DNA of 20,000 nt from Seison nebaliae. Its lineage: Eukaryota. The notes beneath the pieces are model-generated. The model worked only from the letters and a program-made list of their open reading frames with translations, was not told the origin of the DNA and ran no database searches. How positions within the stretch are numbered: position 1 is the first letter of the stretch; each line of letters opens with the position of its first letter. Shown one piece after another: positions 1 to 11,087 of the stretch. The translations under genes and the position numbers were made by a program. The stretch lies in the NCBI GenBank assembly GCA_023231475.1, contig JALJEE010000958.1, positions 48,602 through 68,601 of the forward strand, given 5' to 3'.

Positions 1-2
1 AT

Positions 3-3000
3 GAGAACTTGATTGATCGGATGCATCAGATGGCTGATTTGGTCAATTTGGAGAATACTTGTTTTTGTGACACTTTCCAAGTTCATCCGACTACTGTTCA
101 TGATGAACATTTAACAGAATCATTAATCGATGGTTCAATGAAGAGACGAATGTTTTATTTCGATGACAAGAAGAAAAATGATAGAAGGAAAATGGATTAT
201 TCAAAAATTATCAATAAATATTTCTCGAAAAATAATCAATCGACAGATGAGAAGATTGAGTTGAAGATAATGGAATTGACTGAATCTGAATTGAAATATG
301 AGGAAGATGTTAGAAAAGAATTTCAATTAAATCAATGTCCAATTGTCAATTCAGAATTCCGTTCAACTTCCGCTATTTTATCAATTCCCAAGATTCATTT
401 AAATAAAAAAGATTTCGATTGGGAGAAAGGAAACTTCCAAAAATTATTAAGTGAAAGATTCGGATCATTGATCGCTGAATATGGAGCAGTGTCGTTCACT
501 TTTAATGATTATCATCCGCCTATGATGTTAAATGAGAAAGATGTGAATATTTCAGTACGTCAACAAAATCTCCCGTTGTTAGAACCGAGAAGACGATTGA
601 ATATTATTTTCATGAATGAATTGTTAATGTTTCGAAAGTTTCAAGGATTACCATTCAATATAGAAAGTTTTGAAAAGATCAATAATCATCAAGTCGATTA
701 TTATTTATTATATCGATTAGTTGGAGAAGTGTTTGAAGAAGATGAATTGAAAAGTGAATATTTTTCAGCAAGTCATCTTCATCCATTGGATGAAATGGAA
801 ATAATGAAATGGTTCCGTATTTTCCTTCTCATGCGATTGACGAATGAGCGAATGATTTTATCATTTTCAAAAGAAGAACAATTATTTGATCCACCACAAG
901 GACGGAAAAAAGTATTGTTGAGAGAACAGAAACAAGCGAAAAAGAAGTTTTATGAAAAAATGATGAAATTAACACATCAACTTCGTTACAATTATTTTTC
1001 AGTTCTTCATCCCTTTCTAATTTTCCGTCAACATTATCATATTGGTATTGGTGAATGGACGAGAGATTTGTATTTGGAGAAGATTGGTCAATTCGATTGT
1101 TTAGAAGGAGATGATGGTGAGAGTGGGGAAGCGTCTCGAATGTATAAAGAATTGAAGATGAAAAATCGGAAAATTGAAGATGAAATTAATTTATCGAAAA
1201 TTCATTTTAAAAATTTAATTGAAGAACATAATAAGATGTATGAGGAAGAGAATGATGTGAAAATGATCGAGAATTATGATGTTATTTGTGCGAAATGTAA
1301 AATGAATGATAATGAAGAGAATTTATTATTGTGTAAGAATAATGGATATCATGCATTCCATACATATTGTCTACCAGTAACTTATCGTTTTAGTAATTTA
1401 CCAGATGAATGGTTCTGTTGGGATTGTACAGCGAAACAATTATCCAATTATCTCCCACAACCATACGGATTCCATCATTTTAAAGATCAACAATCATTTC
1501 ATCAATTCTATTCAGCAGCTGTCATTTATGAGAAGAATGTGTTGGAGGAATTGAATGAGAATAAAAAGAAGAAATATGAAGACAATCCAATATCGAATAA
1601 ATTTAAACAAATTACTCCTCATGCATATTATACATGGACGAAAATGGAAACGAATGATCAATTATTTGAATTTCAAAATAAAGAAAATAATATTTATAAA
1701 GATGGAAAAGAGAAATTCGTGATCGATTGGAGAATGACTGTTAATTCTTTCCGTTCAAACAAAGACGGAAATTTACGAGCGTCCACAATTCATCAATTTC
1801 TCACAAATGAGAATGATGAGAAAATGGATTCAATCACTGAACATTCCAATTCAAATCTCGATAATTTCGTTACAGCAGATGAAATTGAAGAAGAATATTG
1901 GAGACGATTCCAATCGAATAATGTCAAATTACCAACTCAAACCACATCATATGGAGCTGATGTTAATACGTCAGATATCGGTTCAGGATTTCCATCAAAA
2001 TATCATCAAATGGAAAAAAGTGAAATTCATGAAAATAATTCAGATTATGAAAAATATTTACATAGTTCTCTCAACATCAACAATATTGCCAATAATGATC
2101 AATCGGCATTCACATTCATTAAACCGTTAATAAACGGTGTTCGACTTCCCTGGTTATATTTCGGTCAATTATTCTCAACTTTCTGTTGGCATACTGAAGA
2201 TCATTTTACTTATTCCATCAATTATCATCATTATGGCGCTCCGAAAATCTGGTATGTTATTCCCTCATTTGCTGCTGATCGTTATGATGAATTTGTGCGG
2301 AATTATGTCCCAGAATTTTTCAAAATCTTTTCTGATTTTACTCATCATTTAACATCAACAATTCATCCAAATATTTTAATTCAACATGGAATTCCAGTAT
2401 ATCGAATTAATCAAATGAATGGCGATTTCGTCATAACTGCACCAAGAAGTTATCATTCAGGATATAATCAAGGATTCAACATCGCTGAAGCTGTCAATTT
2501 TGCTTATGCTGATTGGTTCTGGTGGAGTTTGTTCTCTTCTAGATATTATATAAAAGAATGTCATTCAAATATCTTTTCAATTAATGAATATATTTTATAT
2601 GCATTATCTCAATTTCATCAATTCTCAATAAATGATCGTTTAGAGAAAGTTGAGAATTTGTTAGGAAAAGAAAAAGAAAATTTGAATTATTTTCAAAAAT
2701 TTTCTTATGCAATCATTTCATGTAGTGAACGAGCAATTTATTATGAAAAACAATCTCTCAAAAATTTCTTTTCTTTTATTCTACAACATTTCGAAGTGAT
2801 GTATGATAAGAATGATGGATTTATTGAATGGAATTTGAATTCCATTAATTTCCAATCGACCGGTAATTCGAAAGAGAATCGTTCCAAACAAATTAATTTA
2901 TCAACAAAAAAATTTGATTTCTCTAAAGAAACCAATGACGATCGACGTACATGTTTGAATTGTAATCATACATGTTATTTTAATGCTATTACTTGTTCAT

Positions 3001-6000
3001 CATTCAAATGTTCTTCATGTTCATCTGATATTGGATGTCGTTTATTCTGTTTACAATGTTACAAATATGCCATTGATCATTGTCAATATTATCAGGAGAA
3101 TACTTTCTCATCAATCGATTTAATTCTTTATCATCAATATAATCATTTGGATTTCCAAGAGATTAATACACAAATTTCACAAATTCAAAAGAAACGAGAA
3201 GAATTGAAATATATAGAAAATAATATAAATATCTGTCAATATAATCAATTGGATCTATTAGATTGGATTAAAAAATCGAGTAAAAATAATAAAGAGAATT
3301 ATGAAAAGATTGTTCATTCTGTTAATCGTTTAAGTGAAATGAGAGAATTATTCTTCAAATATCTCAATAATTCAACAACAGAAATTGTTCATAAACAATT
3401 TTATTATTATCATCCTCAACACTCCAAATTAGAGATATCGAATCAATTCAAATATTCATTACAATCAATTCTTCTTTATCGATTTAATGAAATTGAAAAT
3501 ATTTATCTCGCTTTTCGTTCATCCTCCATCGATGATGTTGGATTTTGTAAACAGGAATTATGTTTCGTTCAATTAAATGAGATGGATGAATGGAAATTGA
3601 ATGGAAATGAAATCATCATAATGAATGCATCTTATTTTAATACATCAACCACTTGGTATAGTGTTCAATTGATTATGAAGGAGTTATGGAAATTGGGAAA
3701 GAATGAATATGAAGATATTCCATATAATTCATTCGAATTATGTGACGATATCCGTCAGAAATATTTCAATGGATTCGCCGCCATCTTAATCGAACAACAA
3801 TTCCAATTAGATTTCACCGAATGGTTAAGGACGAATATTCGATATAATTTTTCTTTAGGGAAATTATTTACACAAATCATTTATCGATTAACTGAAAATC
3901 GAAATTTTGATAAAATAAACAAAGTCAATTATCTCCAACGAATTTTAGAGAAATATTTCAATGTGAAATTTGGAGTTAAAATGAATAAATTCTCTTTCCA
4001 TCTCATAAAACAACATTTTAAATGGCGAAGTAGAAAACATCGAAAAATCGTTCTGGACGATATCGAATATTATCTAAATAATGCAATGACATCATTGATG
4101 ACTAATTGTGATTTAATTCCGTTGATAACGGTAATTCATGAAATTTTGAGAGAAAAATATAAAAAAGTTGAAGAATTAAATAATCAGTTTGATGAGTCGA
4201 TTTTACCATCAAAATTGAATAAAATTGTTGATGAATCAATAAAGAAACATGAAAATGGTAAATATTTCCATCCGATTAATGTTGAAGATTTGCCTTCATT
4301 CTCTTCCAATTATTCGATGAAAGATGATGAAGAAAAAATGGAAATGAATTTTATTGGAAATCATCTACATCAATTAGAAGATATTGAAGAACAAATGATG
4401 ATTATTGAGAAGATTTTCTTTTCTAATCCTGATCAAGCATTTGAAGATGTTTCAATTATTTTCTCAGATTATCGTTCGAAATGTGAAAGGATTTTATTAA
4501 TTTATTTATATCTCACATTAATTCGAAATGTTCATGTACAATTAGATTCATTCGATCGAGAGATACATTTGAAAGAATTAGATTTTGTGAAATATTATCG
4601 AATCTATTTTGAGACGATTCAATTCTTATGTGAGAAACATGACGTGTGGAAATGTTGGAAGAATTCGACAATCTATTTCCTATTGAAAGAGAAAGAAGAA
4701 GAATTTAAGAAAGAGAATGAAGGAATTCCACATCCAAATTATCAATCATATATTCTACGTCATTATTTCGCACGATCACTCAATTTCAAATCTTATCGAT
4801 ATATGATTTATTCTCATTTGAAAGAATTGGATATCGGTCCCGCTCATGACGATATGATGGAAGGAGATCATTTACATGGTTTATGTTCTGTCCTTTATAA
4901 TTCCCATCTTTCCTGTCAAGAATATCATGATGTTCATTTGAAAAAATTTATCGCTTTATTGACCGATCCATATGAGGATTATGATAGAAATAATAATCGA
5001 TTATTATATTTAATCAATTCAATTTTTGGTGATGGAACTTCGAGTAAATTGAAGGAATTCAAAGAGAAATTCTTCGTACATAATTCAACATGTTCATCTG
5101 AAAAGAATTTGTTTACTAATTCTTATTGGTCAGTGACAACGCAAATTTTCATGTATCTCATCGCAATTTTATTACGAGAAGATAACGAAAGAATTTTAGA
5201 GAAATTATCAAGTAATGGCAATTGTGATGGATTATCATTTATTTTATATTTGAAAAAGAACGAGAAAAATGAACCATCAATTTTCTCCCAATTACCGTCA
5301 ATTGTTGAAGATTCATTTCATTTCCTTTTAGATCGTTTAACGAAATCGATGGCGTCACTTCTTTCCATTGCTCTTCATTCCTTCTCTTCTCTAACAACAA
5401 TTCAATCTTATATTTGTAAAGAATTATCAAAGACACCGATAACTATGTTGAATTTGAAAGATTTGACAGAGGATCGTGAAAAACAATGGAGAAATATTCA
5501 TACGTCAATCAGTAATATGTTGAAAGGTACTCGATCACTTTTACCCCCATGGAATGAGAATAATTCGGAGAATTTCTTATGTCATAAATTATTATATCTC
5601 CATCCAATTATCGATAGTTATTCGATGGCACAATTATCATTAAATAGATTTTATGGATGGAAATCCAGTTATTCGGTTGATTTATTTTATAAAAAAATTG
5701 AAGAAAATCCTGAAATTAAACATAAGAATGTGTCGAAGAAATCAGGGTCGACATCTAAAACGAAATTTGATGAAGGACGAGAATATTGTTTCGCTGACAA
5801 TCCAAGTAATAAACAACATGAATCATTCTTTGCTCTTCATTTCCCGGAAGAATATGATCAAATTCATCAGAAGAATATGGAGAAAGCGAAAGGCTCTTGT
5901 CCTTCTAAACGGCCACTCGCCCAATATGCATTATCAGCTACAGTATCGGAATTAGTGACTAAATGGTGCAAGAATTATATACGACAACCGTCAGAATATA

Positions 6001-6374
6001 TTACAATCGACATCGACCAAAAACCAGACACTTCATCATTCACAACAGAAATTGAGGAGTCGGAGGACAAATCGAATGAATTGGTTTGGACTCCTTCTAC
6101 AGAGATGAAACCGGACAAACCAAATTTCAGTATCATTAAATGGACATCATCATGCCCCGTCAAAGGAGAATCGGAGAATGACGAAGAGAAAAAAGAAAAG
6201 AATAATCCAAATATTATGTCCAAATGTGAGAATGGACAAAATATGTCCATCAAATTAATTGTCTTATCGGACATAGAGAAATTGGGAGATTCGAACAGAC
6301 AACAATTAGACAACGACCAACATGAGATAAAAACAGAATTTGTTACTCGATTCGTTAACTTATCTGATTTATAA
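3..6374 (+). CDS. KDM5: KDM5/JARID1-family H3K4 histone demethylase (frame open to the left edge, possibly 5'-partial; no intron needed)
   Basis: KDM5 domain order is readable in the translation: JmjN-like (IPKIHL..EYGAVSF..YHPP, ~384-520), ARID-like (~590-1015), PHD1 (CAKC..LLLC..HTYC..WFCWDC, ~1287-1427), JmjC (PWLYFGQLFSTFCWHTEDH..SINY..PKIWY; PRSYHSGYNQGFNIAEAVNF) with intact H-x-E...H iron ligands, and a C5HC2-type finger (~2952-3083). No stop lies upstream of position 9 in this frame; first in-window ATG at 21. Confidence 0.93.
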   Translation, partial: ENLIDRMHQMADLVNLENTCFCDTFQVHPTTVHDEHLTESLIDGSMKRRMFYFDDKKKNDRRKMDYSKIINKYFSKNNQSTDEKIELKIMELTESELKYEEDVRKEFQLNQCPIVNSEFRSTSAILSIPKIHLNKKDFDWEKGNFQKLLSERFGSLIAEYGAVSFTFNDYHPPMMLNEKDVNISVRQQNLPLLEPRRRLNIIFMNELLMFRKFQGLPFNIESFEKINNHQVDYYLLYRLVGEVFEEDELKSEYFSASHLHPLDEMEIMKWFRIFLLMRLTNERMILSFSKEEQLFDPPQGRKKVLLREQKQAKKKFYEKMMKLTHQLRYNYFSVLHPFLIFRQHYHIGIGEWTRDLYLEKIGQFDCLEGDDGESGEASRMYKELKMKNRKIEDEINLSKIHFKNLIEEHNKMYEEENDVKMIENYDVICAKCKMNDNEENLLLCKNNGYHAFHTYCLPVTYRFSNLPDEWFCWDCTAKQLSNYLPQPYGFHHFKDQQSFHQFYSAAVIYEKNVLEELNENKKKKYEDNPISNKFKQITPHAYYTWTKMETNDQLFEFQNKENNIYKDGKEKFVIDWRMTVNSFRSNKDGNLRASTIHQFLTNENDEKMDSITEHSNSNLDNFVTADEIEEEYWRRFQSNNVKLPTQTTSYGADVNTSDIGSGFPSKYHQMEKSEIHENNSDYEKYLHSSLNINNIANNDQSAFTFIKPLINGVRLPWLYFGQLFSTFCWHTEDHFTYSINYHHYGAPKIWYVIPSFAADRYDEFVRNYVPEFFKIFSDFTHHLTSTIHPNILIQHGIPVYRINQMNGDFVITAPRSYHSGYNQGFNIAEAVNFAYADWFWWSLFSSRYYIKECHSNIFSINEYILYALSQFHQFSINDRLEKVENLLGKEKENLNYFQKFSYAIISCSERAIYYEKQSLKNFFSFILQHFEVMYDKNDGFIEWNLNSINFQSTGNSKENRSKQINLSTKKFDFSKETNDDRRTCLNCNHTCYFNAITCSSFKCSSCSSDIGCRLFCLQCYKYAIDHCQYYQENTFSSIDLILYHQYNHLDFQEINTQISQIQKKREELKYIENNINICQYNQLDLLDWIKKSSKNNKENYEKIVHSVNRLSEMRELFFKYLNNSTTEIVHKQFYYYHPQHSKLEISNQFKYSLQSILLYRFNEIENIYLAFRSSSIDDVGFCKQELCFVQLNEMDEWKLNGNEIIIMNASYFNTSTTWYSVQLIMKELWKLGKNEYEDIPYNSFELCDDIRQKYFNGFAAILIEQQFQLDFTEWLRTNIRYNFSLGKLFTQIIYRLTENRNFDKINKVNYLQRILEKYFNVKFGVKMNKFSFHLIKQHFKWRSRKHRKIVLDDIEYYLNNAMTSLMTNCDLIPLITVIHEILREKYKKVEELNNQFDESILPSKLNKIVDESIKKHENGKYFHPINVEDLPSFSSNYSMKDDEEKMEMNFIGNHLHQLEDIEEQMMIIEKIFFSNPDQAFEDVSIIFSDYRSKCERILLIYLYLTLIRNVHVQLDSFDREIHLKELDFVKYYRIYFETIQFLCEKHDVWKCWKNSTIYFLLKEKEEEFKKENEGIPHPNYQSYILRHYFARSLNFKSYRYMIYSHLKELDIGPAHDDMMEGDHLHGLCSVLYNSHLSCQEYHDVHLKKFIALLTDPYEDYDRNNNRLLYLINSIFGDGTSSKLKEFKEKFFVHNSTCSSEKNLFTNSYWSVTTQIFMYLIAILLREDNERILEKLSSNGNCDGLSFILYLKKNEKNEPSIFSQLPSIVEDSFHFLLDRLTKSMASLLSIALHSFSSLTTIQSYICKELSKTPITMLNLKDLTEDREKQWRNIHTSISNMLKGTRSLLPPWNENNSENFLCHKLLYLHPIIDSYSMAQLSLNRFYGWKSSYSVDLFYKKIEENPEIKHKNVSKKSGSTSKTKFDEGREYCFADNPSNKQHESFFALHFPEEYDQIHQKNMEKAKGSCPSKRPLAQYALSATVSELVTKWCKNYIRQPSEYITIDIDQKPDTSSFTTEIEESEDKSNELVWTPSTEMKPDKPNFSIIKWTSSCPVKGESENDEEKKEKNNPNIMSKCENGQNMSIKLIVLSDIEKLGDSNRQQLDNDQHEIKTEFVTRFVNLSDL

Positions 6375-8527
6375 ATTAAATTTCTTTCCATTTATTTTTA
6401 ATCTTTCCATTCATTTCTTATCGTTTTTCTATAATTTTTATATTCGTCTGACTTGAAAAATTGTTTGGAAAATGGACGTCGAATTCGAATTAAATGTTTA
6501 CCATTTTCTCTCCATCACTTTTCAACTATCAATTAATTAATTGTAAAATATCTATTTTATAAGATCTGATATTTTCTATTATAAGTAAAACTAATCATTA
6601 ATCAAACAAGTCAAAAGTGGTAGAGATTTTTGCACTTTTCTTTATTTACTGAAATTCTTCTTCCAAATCCATCGTGCCACACCCACTCTCTTACTAAAAT
6701 AAATTTTACATTTACCTTAATTTCACTTACAAAACATTTACTTGTTAAACATTTATTCTTCATGAAATTTAATTAGTTTCATTATTATTACGTCTGATAG
6801 TTACAGAAGAAAAAACAAATTCATTATGAATATGGAGATGGTGCAAGAAAAACATGGAAAAACAAAATTTAGTTTTTATTAAAATGAAGAAAATGAACAT
6901 AAAATTAATATGTAAAATTTTCACAAGATACTATCATGTTTTTCAGTATTCGAACATTCGATTTTAGCACATACGAATAACGAAGCGATATCACTTACGG
7001 AAATGAAGAAAATTGAATTTTCTTATGTTTTAATTATTTATTGAAAGGAAATAAAAGTAGTTGAGAAGTAAAATTTATCGAAGAAAAACCATAAGAAAAC
7101 ACATGTAAATATTTCTTATTATTCTATTACATTTTCCCTCGAAACTTGATGTTTTTTAAAAGATTTATTATAACGATTAGAATAGAATAATGGTTATTTG
7201 TGTTATTAGTATTGTACTCTATCAGTGGTACGTCGTCATCATCATAACGTCATTATTTGAAATAATGGTGATGACAGCAGCAAATGACAATAAAAAAAAA
7301 TGAACACTTTCTGATAAGAGTTAGATAATAATAAGACACCTCTGCTTGGTGAAAGGTTATTAACGGAAATTTCTTCGTTAATTACTCTTAAATAAATAAA
7401 TAATTAATCTTACTCTTTTCCCATCATAATAATATGTGCAGGAGTGCATCATAAACGGAAGATGGAGAAGTTGTTTAAGAAATGAGAATTATGTTTTAAT
7501 AACTGCAGTTTGACCTTAATTAATTATTTGTATGTTACATATATTCATGTATACTCAAATAAATATCTTCATTCCCTTCAATATTTTTTATTGAAAATTT
7601 TTCATTGGTGATGGTGGTAAAGGTAATCGTCAATAGTTTTTCCACAAGCCAATTCGATATATCTAATGAAAGTATTTCGAGAGATAAGATCATTCAAGGT
7701 ACTTTCACTCTTCTTTGAAGAGATGACTCATAAATTATTATGTGAATAAGATTAAGAAATATCAACCACTTCCCTCTCAAGGAAAATATTGATACATTTA
7801 AAAGAAAAATGGACAATTAACTGAGAAGTTATGACGTATTCCGATTAGATCATTTGTTATGTAGTGCTAGATTTTTCTTTCTAACAATTTTCCAATGTTA
7901 ATTTGTTAATTCCCAGAATTAATAGAATTGAGAAGGAAATTGTCGTTGTGCTAGTTACAAAGAAATGGTAGAGAATTGTTTTCGAAAATATTCTCCTTAA
8001 TCGGAAAACAACAAAAATATTTTGATTTGCATTCCATCCATCGATATTCAATATGTAATGGTTCTCCTTGAACATGAACAGTATGAGAAGTGAACAATGA
8101 TTGAAGAAGAAATGAGAATTAATAAGAAAAACAAAAAGAAAAGAAGGAGGAAGAGAAGAAACGGGTTGATCTCAATAAGTTGTGAAGGAAAAGCTTAATT
8201 TCATCAGTTAGATATGAATAGAATGAAGGGAGAACATTAATCCAAAAATTATTTTTAATAAATTCCATTTTTTCTATTTGTAATTTTTTAATAATTTTCT
8301 TCCATTATACAAAGTTTTCCTATTTAATTCTTCGAAATCCATTCAAAAAATTTAGTCGAAAAATCTATTGATTATTTTTGAAATTTCCAAATTCTTTTTA
8401 AAATAAATTTTCAGAGCTGCTTCTTTTTCACATATTCAATTGGGAGGAAGTTATCCAATTAAACTTCATTCCAGAACGACGATCAATCGTCGGTAATGTA
8501 TTCTTCTGGTAATAGCGGCAAATATTC

Positions 8528-10606
8528 ATGTCTGATATTAGGCATTCAGTTCTCTCATCCATAACTGGGGACATTGGTCTATTTCCTGGAGATCATGACC
8601 ATTCAGTTTATGGAGCTGAACAAGACACAGGAACATTCTCATTTAGTCGTTTCTTCTTCCCACAATTATTACCTCGAGACAAAGCAGATGGAGAAACAAA
8701 TCGATGGAAATCTGCTCGATTACTCTATCATAATCGTCATTTTGTTGCAGGATGGTTGGGTGGCGCTGCAGGAATTTTGGTCGGTCATCCATTCGATACG
8801 ATTAAAGCGAGACAACAAACATCTCAATATAATATCAGTGTTTATCATACAGCGAAGGATTTGATCCGAAGAGAAAAGATGAGTGGTTTTTTCAAAGGAC
8901 TCTCATTTCCCATTGTTTGTTATGGAGGAATTAATTCCATATATTTCGGCGTTTATGGTTATACTCTCCAATTCATATCTAAACAACGTAATCGTTCAAC
9001 GGAAAATGAGACGGTTCAACATAAAAAAATGACATCTATTGTTTGTGCATCATTCTTATCAGGTGCCATCGCTGCCATTCCCACATGTCCAGTGGAAGTG
9101 ATAAAAATCCGTTTACAAATCGATAAAACCGCTCATCCCACTCGTTTAGCACGACTCATTTTAGATCCGTCATTAATGGTCCAATCAACAGTTCAGTCAC
9201 ATCTACATAAAACTTTCATTTCACCTGCACTACCAACACCAGATCGTATGACAAATCTATTAATTGCTCAACAACAACATGAGAAACAGATAACGGGATT
9301 GAAGAATCTTCAACGAATGGAATATGAAAGACAAAAGAAAGAATTAGTTTATCGAAAATCACTTCGATTTCATTTGTTCAATGATATAGGTCGTCATCGA
9401 AGATCATTACAATTATCACCATTCACATTATTATCTCGTCCATTCGTCCCATCAGCACATCATGCTAGACATCGTTCTCGAATTGATCGTTATAAGAAAT
9501 TGATGAATACAAATTCATTATTTCATCGATCACCATCATCGACAGTAACAGCGAGACTCTTTCCAAAATATCTAACGGTGAATGAATCGTTTTCCAATCG
9601 TCATACAATTCGTCGTCGTCATATGTTATCGTCAATAGAGAATTCGGTGAATAATAAACAACATTCCAGACGAGTGATGTCTCAAATGATGGATACGATT
9701 ACTCACATTAAACATGTAGCACCTGTTTCACATACTCACTTCTATATCACTTCAGAACAGAAGGACAACAATATTAGCAATACAAATAATTCAAAAAAAT
9801 TGGAGAACAAGTCAAACTTTGTTCTTGATCGAAAATATCATCATCGAAAAGCCAAATTACATCGTCGTGTCAAATTACAAGACATTCAATGGAAAGGTCA
9901 AAATCTTGTGGATTCAGTGAAGAAATCAGTTGCTGCATCTGCATCGAAAGAAATGAGAATTAAGAAATTCTTTGTTACTGATCATTATTTGCAAATGGCT
10001 GCCAGAGCGAGAGTCACTTTATCACGATCAGATCATTTAGCTTCCTATAATGTTATTCGACAAAACTTGTCTCCCAAAATTTATGCGGACACTTACCAAG
10101 TCAACATGCCAACTACTTCACACGCAGCCAATCTTCGACCAGTCGATACTCCTTATTCTATATTGAGACAATTAATAAGAGAACGAGGAATATTTCGTGG
10201 ACCATTTCATGGTCTCGGCACTCAATTATGTCGCGATGTTCCCGCTCTTGGATCTTATATGCTCTGTTACGAATATTTTATGAGTCGTTCTCCCGCTTTC
10301 GTCAAGAATGCGAATGGACAACATTCGACTTGGTATGTCATCATTGCTGGTGGTCTAACTGGTTGCATTAGTTGGGTAATGACAATGCCACAAGATGTGG
10401 TCAAAACGAGAATGCAAAGCGATCATTTACTTCAACCAAAATATCGAAGTATGTTCGATTGCTATTGGCGAGTGTGGAAATATGAGGGAGGAGTTCGTAC
10501 TTTCTTCCGAGGAACATTAGCTGCCACAATTCGTGCATTTCCTTGTAATGCTGTTACTTTTTTATTGTACGATCGTCTTCTAAAGTATTTGTCGAATTTT
10601 AAATGA
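8528..10606 (+). CDS. SLC25A45: Mitochondrial carrier (SLC25), SLC25A45/A48-like, 692 aa with a large internal insertion
   Basis: Three Px[DE]xxKxR signatures (PFDTIKARQQ, PVEVIKIRLQ, PQDVVKTRMQ). FVAGW..GHPFDT and GFFKGLSFPI resemble SLC25A45/48. RD in helix 4 (LCRDVP) and RAFP.NA in helix 6 are typical of the amino-acid/carnitine-type carrier group. An in-frame TAG at 8513-8515 precedes the ATG. Confidence 0.85.
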   Translation: MSDIRHSVLSSITGDIGLFPGDHDHSVYGAEQDTGTFSFSRFFFPQLLPRDKADGETNRWKSARLLYHNRHFVAGWLGGAAGILVGHPFDTIKARQQTSQYNISVYHTAKDLIRREKMSGFFKGLSFPIVCYGGINSIYFGVYGYTLQFISKQRNRSTENETVQHKKMTSIVCASFLSGAIAAIPTCPVEVIKIRLQIDKTAHPTRLARLILDPSLMVQSTVQSHLHKTFISPALPTPDRMTNLLIAQQQHEKQITGLKNLQRMEYERQKKELVYRKSLRFHLFNDIGRHRRSLQLSPFTLLSRPFVPSAHHARHRSRIDRYKKLMNTNSLFHRSPSSTVTARLFPKYLTVNESFSNRHTIRRRHMLSSIENSVNNKQHSRRVMSQMMDTITHIKHVAPVSHTHFYITSEQKDNNISNTNNSKKLENKSNFVLDRKYHHRKAKLHRRVKLQDIQWKGQNLVDSVKKSVAASASKEMRIKKFFVTDHYLQMAARARVTLSRSDHLASYNVIRQNLSPKIYADTYQVNMPTTSHAANLRPVDTPYSILRQLIRERGIFRGPFHGLGTQLCRDVPALGSYMLCYEYFMSRSPAFVKNANGQHSTWYVIIAGGLTGCISWVMTMPQDVVKTRMQSDHLLQPKYRSMFDCYWRVWKYEGGVRTFFRGTLAATIRAFPCNAVTFLLYDRLLKYLSNFK

Positions 10607-11087
10607 TTTCATTCCATTATTGTTTCATATTTTGAACAGATATTATTATCTATTCATCGATTGATCACCGTCTTTTGATAATTATCAATTATTATTCATT
10701 GATATCAACAATTATATTTCTATTATATTAGTCTAATAAACGAACAAACTACGAACATCTAATTTTTTCTCGTTATAACAAACTTATAATTTCTGCATAA
10801 TATTATTTAAATGAACAAAATAAAAATTTAAAAATTAAAGTTTTATAATAAAATTAAGAAAATCAAAAATTATTTTACTTTCACTCATCAAAAAAATATT
10901 TTGTTGTTCCACCGAAATAATTTAGAATTTACTTAATTGCTTTTTATTCAGGAAATTATTAGAAAATCATCATTTAAGAGGTTTGACTAATATAATGATC
11001 AATTTTATGAGTAATAAAAGTGTGAAAGAGTTAAAAAAAAATAGTTCAATTTACAAATAATGAAAAGAAGTTCGTGTGGAATAAATA

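Noticed and set aside
1807..6391. Alternative-frame and antisense ORFs inside KDM5 (1807-2130, 2137-2352, 2741-2935, 5239-5436, 5653-5955, 5975-6391)
   Set aside because: Shadow ORFs of a long coding sequence with no recognisable motifs.
7235..7380. Short hairpins as a possible miRNA or structured RNA
   Set aside because: Stems are short and AT-rich, and no known mature miRNA or snRNA motif was recognised.
7881..8075. 64-aa minus-strand ORF, and a ~50-aa minus-strand ORF near 6590-6763
   Set aside because: No motif, background composition, and no convincing splice partners.
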